Of a stretch of DNA of 64,000 nucleotides, positions 54,501 through 60,321 are shown one piece after another (position 1 is the stretch's first letter; each line of letters begins with the position of its first letter). Source of the DNA: a virus. The notes under the pieces are model-generated. The model was not told where the DNA came from, made no database searches, and saw nothing but the letters and a program-made list of their open reading frames with translations. The DNA is taken from IMG/VR virus record IMGVR_UViG_3300028833_000003; one strand, given 5' to 3'. The translations under genes were made by a program, and so were the position numbers.

Positions 54501-54731
54501 ATGTGTGATTGTGTAGCAAGTGCAATGTTAAATGATTACGAGCGACAAGCATGGACCTTTATCGAAAAGGGAACCCGCATCATTAAACTTTGCACAGAAT
54601 TAAGACAATTAAATTGTAACAAAGAAACTGTTGATTTTGCTTTGGTGTGGTTAGAACGCTCAAAGAAAACTCCTGAGGAAATTATTCAAATGGTCAAGCT
54701 CTATCACAAAGATTTGGAGGATGAAAAATGA
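54501..54731 (+). CDS. hypothetical early protein (76 aa)
   Basis: GAAAGGG RBS. ATGA overlap with the next gene. Confidence 0.7.
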   Translation: MCDCVASAMLNDYERQAWTFIEKGTRIIKLCTELRQLNCNKETVDFALVWLERSKKTPEEIIQMVKLYHKDLEDEK

Positions 54732-54937
54732 ATATTGTGGCGCGTGGGTATAGCATTTCACTGAACAAAGAGGAAGAAAATTTTACAAACAAGATAGTCG
54801 ATTTTGTTGATAAGCTGGAAAAGGAAATCTTTGAAGCTGGTGCATTACCTCCTGATGATTTGCAAACAGTTTTTGATGCTTTAAGAGATAACGCCTGCAA
54901 GCTCAGAGACAATGAATTTTATGATGAAGGAGAATAA
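54728..54937 (+). CDS. hypothetical early protein (69 aa)
   Basis: Translationally coupled (ATGA). A GGAGGA lies inside the upstream gene. Confidence 0.65.
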   Translation: MNIVARGYSISLNKEEENFTNKIVDFVDKLEKEIFEAGALPPDDLQTVFDALRDNACKLRDNEFYDEGE

Positions 54938-54945
54938 AAAAAGTA

Positions 54946-54974
54946 TTGACAATCCTTCCCACCTGTGTTATAAT
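54946..54974 (+). promoter_or_regulatory. promoter P36
   Basis: TTGACA, 17 nt, TGt+TATAAT. Leader hairpin at 54980-54996. Confidence 0.8.
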
Positions 54975-55016
54975 GAACATGTTCCAAGAGAGAACAAAAG
55001 AAAGGAAAGATAAACT

Positions 55017-55217
55017 ATGAATGAAGAGCGTTGCCCATATTGCCAATCTGAAAACTTCATCACTGATGATTATGAAGAAGATTATGCCGAACAGGATAAA
55101 ATCACCTTGTACTGGAAATGCAAATGCAACAACTGCGGTAAAGAATTTCACATCCAAGAATGGTACAAGTTACAGCGCAAAACCATCTCGACCGCGGAAC
55201 AGTGGGAGGAAGAATAA
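55017..55217 (+). CDS. zinc-ribbon small protein (66 aa)
   Basis: CPYC...CNNC. GAAAGGAAAG RBS. Confidence 0.7.
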   Translation: MNEERCPYCQSENFITDDYEEDYAEQDKITLYWKCKCNNCGKEFHIQEWYKLQRKTISTAEQWEEE

Positions 55218-55418
55218 ATGACTATCCAGCGTCGCATTGTATTAGATGATGAAGAACAGAACCTGATTACTCAGGTGGATGATTTGATTACTCAGGTTTA
55301 TAATGAATTAGATTCCTCTGATAAGGAGGGCCTCAAAAAGATAATGGCTTTAACAAATGCGTTAGCCGATTTCGCCTATGATTATGGGTCTGATGACTAT
55401 CGAAGTGGGTGCCTGTGA
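55218..55418 (+). CDS. hypothetical acidic early protein (66 aa)
   Basis: ATG directly follows the upstream TAA. A GGGAGGA lies in the upstream gene. Confidence 0.65.
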   Translation: MTIQRRIVLDDEEQNLITQVDDLITQVYNELDSSDKEGLKKIMALTNALADFAYDYGSDDYRSGCL

Positions 55419-55419
55419 C

Positions 55420-55510
55420 CGCAGGCGCCCGCTTGTTTTTCGCCCGGCCGAGCACCATACGTGCGCAGGCCGCAATTTTGTCAAGACTAACCCCACACAA
55501 TTTTTACGCA
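55420..55510. repeat. GC-rich intergenic element, copy E6
   Basis: ...CGCCCGGCCGAGCACCATACGTGCGCAGGCCGCAATTTTG...AACCCCACACAATTTTT. Confidence 0.5.
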
Positions 55511-55745
55511 AATTTTACGATTTTGTTACAATTCTGTTAATTTTCCCGAAACTTTTGTTACAAAAGTATTAAATTTTTGTTACAAATTATTAAATTTTTA
55601 TTAAATTTTTGTAATAATTGTAATAATTTTGTAATATTTTAAATTGTTACGAAAGTATTGCGAAATTGTTACAGATTTATTACGAAATTGTTACAAAACT
55701 TAACAAAATCGTAACATTTTTGTAACATTTGACCCACTTTTGTAA
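55505..55745. repeat. AT-rich TGTTAC/GTAACA box cluster 2 (homologous to cluster 1)
   Basis: TGTTAC at 55524, 55556, 55578, 55645, 55667 and 55689. GTAACA at 55711 and 55722. Shares TCCCGAAA.TTGTTAC.AAAGTATTAAATTTTT and AAATTGTTACGAAAGTATT with 44430-44462. Confidence 0.8.
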
Positions 55746-55756
55746 AAATTTGGCCC

Positions 55757-56113
55757 CATATGCACCTGGGCGGCGCGTTCACGCGCCATATGCGCCGCGC
55801 CCACGAATTAATGCTAATGCTACACTCATATGCGCCGAAAATGCGGCATCCGCGGGCACGCAGATAATTTCCCTTAATCCATATGAAATCGCCGCGTTTT
55901 TTCTTGCGCACGATTACAGAATCGCAAGAAGCACCAATGACCCTCATATGCTCTCATTTCCTGACCACGGGCGTAGCAAAATCTTCCCCTCTCTGAGCCC
56001 ATTTTAAGACAAAGGGAGCGACCCGACCGGGTTTTCCACTTATCTATTAATAACCCGACCGGTGCGCATACTTTTTTCCACACTACCGACCGGGTTTTCC
56101 ATAGTCCCATATG
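55757..56113. repeat. dispersed (C/T)CATATGC motif, six copies in non-coding DNA
   Basis: Copies near 55757, 55786, 55826, 55879, 55945 and 56107. Confidence 0.5.
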
Positions 56114-56296
56114 CCTAACCCGACCGCATTCTATATATTTATTCACTTTGCTCACAATTCTTTAATAAATATACACCTACCCGACCGGGTTATACACAAA
56201 AAAGCGGGCTATCTACAATACTGTAAATAACCCGTTCCACTTTATATATGTAATTTTACTCAGATAACTCAAAGTATTGTGAATAACCCGACCGGT
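56018..56296 (+). repeat. direct-repeat array of ACCCGACCGG
   Basis: Exact copies at 56021, 56053, 56179 and 56286. Variants at 56085 (ACCGACCGG), 56118 (ACCCGACCGC) and 56229 (AACCCGTTCC). All share one orientation and are often preceded by AATA/CTA. Confidence 0.8.
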
Positions 56297-56307
56297 CTGC
56301 ACATTAT

Positions 56308-56335
56308 TAAAAGGAGCCACATATGTGTGGCTCCT
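56308..56335 (-). terminator. terminator of the leftward 175-aa gene (hairpin usable on both strands)
   Basis: 10-bp stem AGGAGCCACA/TGTGGCTCCT with a 4-nt loop and T-runs on both sides. Confidence 0.7.
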
Positions 56336-56338
56336 CTT

Positions 56339-56866
56339 TTATATGCCCTTCTCTTTTAACTTCTCAGTCAGTGTCTTCTCTTTTACGTCCGTATCAGTCT
56401 TGGCCTTATTCGCCTCAATCACCTTTAACGCATCCAACATCTTCTGCCGCATCTCTGGTGTGAGCGTTCGATCTTTCTTTGTACCAGACCATGCTGGCAT
56501 TGGCATCGCTTGCCAAGATTGCATATGTGTAGGCGAGAATGTAGTCGCAGGTGCAGTTGTATCTTGTGCTTTTAATGACCGAATAGCAGTATCAATCCGC
56601 GCATCATTGTACATATCTTTCCAATTCCGGTGCTCAGCTAGTGCTAGCCAGTAAGCCAGAAAGGATCTAAGCGTGGTTTCTTCCCCACCCCGACCATTTT
56701 TAATAAGCTCTATAATTACATCTGCATAGTCCTTCATCTGCTAATCAGCTTGTAGTTTCTGTGCCGCATTACGCAGAGAAGTATTCATCATATTAAGGAA
56801 GTCATCTTCCTTAGGATACTGCTTCATTAGTTCATATAGTGTTTGCTAAAACATTGTATTATCCAT
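56339..56866 (-). CDS. hypothetical protein (175 aa)
   Basis: ATG 56864-56866 lies 10 nt after AAGGAG. In-frame TAGs at 56846 and 56741. Stop is TAA 56339-56341. Confidence 0.6.
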
Positions 56867-56945
56867 ATTGTCATATCTCCTTATTACGAATTACGGTAAC
56901 GATTAAATTCAAGGGGTCGCATATAGCAGTGTGCAGCGATCGCAC

Positions 56946-57029
56946 GACACATCCACAATTTTTAAGGACACATCCACAATTTTTAGATATGTATCCACAA
57001 TTCTTAAAGATACATCCATAACATGTTCA
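56946..57029 (+). repeat. four direct repeats with an exact 21-bp period and a DnaA-box-like core
   Basis: ATCCACAA at 56951, 56972 and 56993, and ATCCATAA at 57014. Copy 3 (GTATCCACA) matches TTATCCACA at 8 of 9 positions. Confidence 0.75.
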
Positions 57030-57041
57030 ATAGCTAACTGC

Positions 57042-57488
57042 TTAAATATGTATATCTGTATCTACTTCTTTAACAATCTTCGGCTTCCCCGTCGGTATCC
57101 AATGTGGATCAAAATGCCAAAAGTCCTCATTCCTCAACCTAGCATATTCCAATAGCACATCATCCCACTCTTTGGACCCAACCCACTGCCCAAGATAATT
57201 CAACTCATCCAAATAACTATGAACCAATATCCAATTCTTACTATACTTTATATGATCCAGCCCACACATTTGCACACGAGCCAACTGTTCAATAACACTT
57301 TGATCCCAACCAATATAATATCCAAAACCACTGAAATCACTATCAGGAACTTCATGATTACCAAGCACATTCCATATATAGTCTCTTTCAGTAATATACT
57401 CCTCTTTCTACGTGCCGTGCAATAGCGCCGCAATCAAAATTCCCAGAAATGTAAAAACAAAAGCCAACAGTACATAACTATACCACAT
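57042..57488 (-). CDS. membrane-anchored hypothetical protein (148 aa)
   Basis: ATG 57486-57488 follows GGGAGG. In-frame TAG at 57408. N-terminal TM helix. Stop is TAA 57042-57044. Confidence 0.55.
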
Positions 57489-57505
57489 CGCGCAATTAGC
57501 CTCCC

Positions 57506-57880
57506 TTAGTCTAAATTAACATATACACCATCATAAGTGCCGATTTTGTTAAATCTTCCATCATACATGCTATTATCATTCAATACAAAATATTGCTGCG
57601 CTCGTTCATCACTCGCATCAACTATTTTGCGCAAAGTCTCACTAATCTCAATTGTATCTTGCGCTTTCATCCAAGGTATCAAATATATAGGCAGCTTTTT
57701 ATAAGTCCCAATGTAAAATATCGACCCACTATAACGAAACTCAGTTGGTACTTCCTTATTACTCTCATAGTACAAATTCGGTGTGTCTTCGACAGTCTCA
57801 AACTCAATCTTTTCCTTCAATATATATAAATACTTACGCTTATTTTCAGTTGTAACAGCGTAAGTTAATTCCATCATCAT
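57506..57880 (-). CDS. hypothetical protein (124 aa)
   Basis: Uninterrupted ORF downstream of the minus-strand promoter at 57917-57945. Confidence 0.65.
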   Translation of the reverse strand: MMMELTYAVTTENKRKYLYILKEKIEFETVEDTPNLYYESNKEVPTEFRYSGSIFYIGTYKKLPIYLIPWMKAQDTIEISETLRKIVDASDERAQQYFVLNDNSMYDGRFNKIGTYDGVYVNLD

Positions 57881-57916
57881 ACTTAAATCACTAGCCTTTT
57901 TCTATCTTTCATATAT

Positions 57917-57945
57917 ATTATACCAAAAATTTTTAAAAAAATCAA
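57917..57945 (-). promoter_or_regulatory. minus-strand promoter (TTGATT-17-TGgTATAAT)
   Basis: rc -35 at 57940-57945 and rc -10 at 57917-57922. The block AAAATTTTTGGTATAATATAT is shared with 59234-59262. Confidence 0.65.
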
Positions 57946-58053
57946 TTTTTTGAAATCATTTTTTGAAATGCTCCTTGGGCTTACGTGCCAATTTTTGAAA
58001 TGAAATTTTGAAACCCCTACTCGGCCCCATTTTGAAATCATTTTTTGAAATGT
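57944..58053 (+). repeat. seven TTTGAAA(T/C) boxes
   Basis: TTTTTTGAAATCATTTTTTGAAATG occurs twice (about 57945 and 58029), with further copies near 57992 and 58005. Confidence 0.7.
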
Positions 58054-58063
58054 ATCCACCCCA

Positions 58064-58098
58064 GGGTATAATTCATCACAAAGTGATGAATTATACCC
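58064..58098. repeat. perfect 16-bp inverted repeat with a 3-nt loop
   Basis: GGGTATAATTCATCAC-AAA-GTGATGAATTATACCC, preceded by GTATCCACC. Confidence 0.85.
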
Positions 58099-58132
58099 CT
58101 TATTTAGATTTTTTATTTCGCTATTATTTAGA

Positions 58133-58199
58133 TATTGGTAGATGTTTTACCCAAGTATGGTAGATTTTTTACCCATAAGTATGGTAGATTTTTTACCCA
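58133..58199 (+). repeat. three tandem ~22-bp iterons (GTATGGTAGATTTTTTACCCA)
   Basis: Units at 58133-58153, 58154-58175 and 58176-58199, immediately downstream of the Rep-like gene. Confidence 0.8.
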
Positions 58200-58246
58200 A
58201 TCGGCATTTTAGTCTACATATAATGCTCAGACCAATTTAACAAACG

Positions 58247-58798
58247 ATAACGCGGTGCTTTTCCATCGAAAAAATTTTCAAATGAAATCAAACCATTATT
58301 CTATAACACATCAAGAGCATTATGAATGGCCTATCTAGCCCGCGGATTACCCCCTAATTTTACACCCAAATGTTCTGCTATTTCTTCCTATGTAAATACA
58401 TAACCAGGTTTATATTTCCAACGTTGCCCTAAATAAATATATGTTTTAATAACTGCTTCTTTAACTGTATCAGTTAAAAACTAAACAGTAGCCAAAGGTA
58501 ATAATAAATAAATTTCTTCTACATTCGGCATAATATATCTATTATCTTCTTCAATTAAATAACCAATTTCCAACAAATAATTTAAATGAACACGCAACGT
58601 CTTTGCACTTTTTATTCCAATTTTTTTACATATTGCAGCCTATGTCGGTAAATCACTCTTCAAAACAATAGTGACCCCATCTTCTGGATACGACATAGAC
58701 TATAAATAAGCATATAATTCAGCATCAATGCGTGGGTCTTTCAAGAACGTAATCTCCTTTGTTAAATTAGTGTCAGCTGGAAAGCGTTTTTGAACCAT
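58247..58798 (-). CDS. winged-helix DNA-binding protein, candidate replication initiator/organizer (183 aa)
   Basis: ATG 58796-58798 lies 8 nt after GAAGGAGGTGA. Six in-frame TAGs. Stop is TAA 58247-58249. Two HTH-like segments. Iterons lie on both sides. Confidence 0.45.
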
Positions 58799-58852
58799 AC
58801 TTGTTTTCACCTCCTTCATAATCTACTGAAAGAGAAATAAGTAAAAATAACT

Positions 58853-58905
58853 TTTTTTACCCAAGTATGGTAGATATTTTTCCCAAAAATTTTACCCATA
58901 TATAA
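58853..58905 (+). repeat. iteron copies upstream of the Rep-like gene
   Basis: TTTTTTACCCAAGTATGGTAGATATTTTTCCCAAAAATTTTACCCA, the same unit as 58133-58199. Confidence 0.7.
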
Positions 58906-58925
58906 TATAAAAACGGAGTGAATAA

Positions 58926-59156
58926 TCACTCCGCATCAGTATCGTTTGCAATAGTTACATATTTAGGCGCGCGAGGTGGTCTCTCAGCCAAAATTGTATT
59001 CAAATCCTTTTCAAACTTAGGATTGTTGGCAAACACCCAGCAAAGAAACTCCGGCTTACTAGGATTTGGCGTAGTAGCAACCGGTAAATTACCCATTTCA
59101 ATCAACTTAGTCGCGATGCGGCGTGTGTAAATAATCTTATTAACATTCTCAGCCAT
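58926..59156 (-). CDS. small hypothetical protein (76 aa)
   Basis: ATG 59154-59156 lies 7 nt after GGAGGA. TGA stop. Faint resemblance to DUF5659-type small phage proteins (recollection only). Confidence 0.55.
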   Translation of the reverse strand: MAENVNKIIYTRRIATKLIEMGNLPVATTPNPSKPEFLCWVFANNPKFEKDLNTILAERPPRAPKYVTIANDTDAE

Positions 59157-59233
59157 TTTAAATTCCTCCATTATGCGTCTGGGCGCACTTCGTTAATGTA
59201 TTTGAAAGTTTTTTTGTCTCACTTTCTACATAT

Positions 59234-59262
59234 ATTATACCAAAAATTTTTCCGTCCGTCAA
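59234..59262 (-). promoter_or_regulatory. minus-strand promoter (TTGACG-17-TGgTATAAT)
   Basis: rc -35 at 59257-59262 and rc -10 at 59234-59239. Back-to-back with the plus-strand promoter at 59264. Confidence 0.65.
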
Positions 59263-59263
59263 G

Positions 59264-59292
59264 TTGATTTTTTCAAAAAAATTTGTTATAAT
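59264..59292 (+). promoter_or_regulatory. plus-strand promoter (TTGATT-17-TGtTATAAT)
   Basis: -35 at 59264-59269 and -10 at 59287-59292. Confidence 0.6.
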
Positions 59293-59325
59293 ATACATAT
59301 ACGATGAAAGAAGGAGGAATACCCC

Positions 59326-59499
59326 GTGATTAAAACAGAACGCATTGATAATTTAATTCACACATATAGTGATTAGGGCTTTATGATTAAGGCGCCAGAT
59401 GGCTCAATAGTAAGTGAAGCCTTTGACCTGCGGCCGCAGACATATACCGAGACAAACGTCAAAGCGCCCGCACACGAAGAAATTGACGAAGAAGCATAA
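59326..59499 (+). CDS. tentative 57-codon ORF that needs read-through of TAG 59374-59376
   Basis: GTG lies 7 nt after GAAGGAGGA. It would be 16 codons if TAG stops and 57 if TAG is sense (TAA at 59497). Confidence 0.3.
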
Positions 59500-59502
59500 A
59501 AC

Positions 59503-59531
59503 TTGATTTTTTAATAAAAATATTATATAAT
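59503..59531 (+). promoter_or_regulatory. class-2 promoter with conserved leader, copy A
   Basis: TTGATT, 17 nt, TATAAT. The block AAAATATTATATAATATATATATAAGATAAAGAAAGG is conserved with 62104-62141. Confidence 0.65.
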
Positions 59532-59565
59532 ATATATATAAGATAAAGAAAGGGTTGGTGGCAAA

Positions 59566-60321
59566 ATGGTAGCAAAGTCTTATCAGAACAAAGAAATCGT
59601 CGGTGAGCCCTACACTGTGATGCTTGACAAACGTGGCGCCGTCCAGTATGTAAAGATTAAGACGGGCCGCACCAATCCGGATGGCTCTCCCGTTATCAAA
59701 GAAGTGCGCTGGTATTCCGAAGAGGAATACTATAAAATGTATCCCCAGGAGATGCCGCAAATCGTCTTTGATGCTAAGAAGGGCTTTGGCTTCGATAAAG
59801 GTTATATTTGGATTTTCGGTGGCGATACTTATAGCGAACTGGAATGGTTCCGCGCATGCCCTGTAACTCGTTACGCTCGCCATTTCGGTTGGTATGTTGT
59901 AAGTACCGATGAGCTGCCCAACGATATTCCCGAAGGCGTTGAACCCATTAAGCTGATGTGGGAACAGGTGTCGGATGGCAACGACAACATCCTCGATGAA
60001 GATAAAATCAAGTCGATTGTGCGTGACATCCTTCATCCTATTGATACGCGCAGCACCTATCAGGGCGAAATTGGCGGTAAGATTACTGTAACGGCCAAAT
60101 GCACGATGTGCCGTGAGGTTTATGGACCGTATGGTATTTCTGTGCTGCACAATTTCGTCGATGCTAATGGTAATGTCTATGTCTGGTTCACTCAAAAGAG
60201 CCTTGAATCTGGCAAGACCTACACTTTCAGCGCGAAAGTAAAAGACCATAAGGAATATCGTAACCAGCAGCAGACTATTATCTACTATCTGCGTAATATT
60301 AAGGAGGTAGAAAATGCCTAA
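59566..60321 (+). CDS. 251-aa protein with an OB-fold-like C-terminal third (possible DNA-binding)
   Basis: RBS-like GGTGG precedes the ATG. The plus-strand product has ordinary composition. The C-terminal pattern G.KITVTAK....V....G..VYVWFT....GKTYTFSAKVKDH resembles OB folds (weak). Confidence 0.6.
   Translation: MVAKSYQNKEIVGEPYTVMLDKRGAVQYVKIKTGRTNPDGSPVIKEVRWYSEEEYYKMYPQEMPQIVFDAKKGFGFDKGYIWIFGGDTYSELEWFRACPVTRYARHFGWYVVSTDELPNDIPEGVEPIKLMWEQVSDGNDNILDEDKIKSIVRDILHPIDTRSTYQGEIGGKITVTAKCTMCREVYGPYGISVLHNFVDANGNVYVWFTQKSLESGKTYTFSAKVKDHKEYRNQQQTIIYYLRNIKEVENA

Noticed and set aside
45612-54552. Long minus-strand ORFs across the early block (45612..45983, 45929..46465, 47232..47912, 50956..51579, 51805..52248, 53079..54017, 53812..54552 and others).
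   Set aside because: They run straight through plus-strand promoters, GC-rich elements and terminators. They lack RBSs and give low-complexity products. The plus-strand genes explain the region.
40105-54974. The regular repeats spaced about 200-500 bp apart could be a CRISPR-like array.
   Set aside because: The repeated units are sigma-70 promoters (-35, 17 nt, -10). The 'spacers' are protein-coding genes with RBSs. Spacing is irregular and there is no palindromic CRISPR repeat.
44385-55745. The two TGTTAC clusters could be inverted terminal repeats of a mobile element enclosing 11 kb.
   Set aside because: The longer shared blocks are in direct, not inverted, orientation. There is no transposase or target duplication. 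The enclosed genes have the same promoter architecture as those outside.
40535-56113. The block could be an engineered or synthetic construct, given the consensus promoters plus recurring AscI (GGCGCGCC), SmaI (CCCGGG), NdeI (CATATG) and NotI sites.
   Set aside because: The copies are degenerate, the spacers differ, the paralogs are diverged, and the elements are embedded in natural-looking gene ends. This fits natural repeat families better, but sequence alone cannot exclude an engineered origin.
55378-56155. ORF-track entries in the gene desert (55378..55572, 55669..55947, 55729..56007, 55874..56155) and at 56325..56654 and 56839..57155.
   Set aside because: They start inside repeat arrays without RBSs. 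The products are low-complexity and overlap each other. The region is better explained as structured non-coding DNA or as antisense to the 175-aa gene.
6990-60000. TGA or TAA might be reassigned as well.
   Set aside because: Each read-through gene ends cleanly at TAA or TGA, followed by an RBS and start, or a terminator. No ORF needs TGA or TAA read-through to stay intact.
59404-60249. 281-codon minus-strand ORF.
   Set aside because: It is antisense to the 251-aa plus-strand gene, which has a conserved promoter and leader and a coupled downstream gene. There is no RBS and the composition is unnatural.
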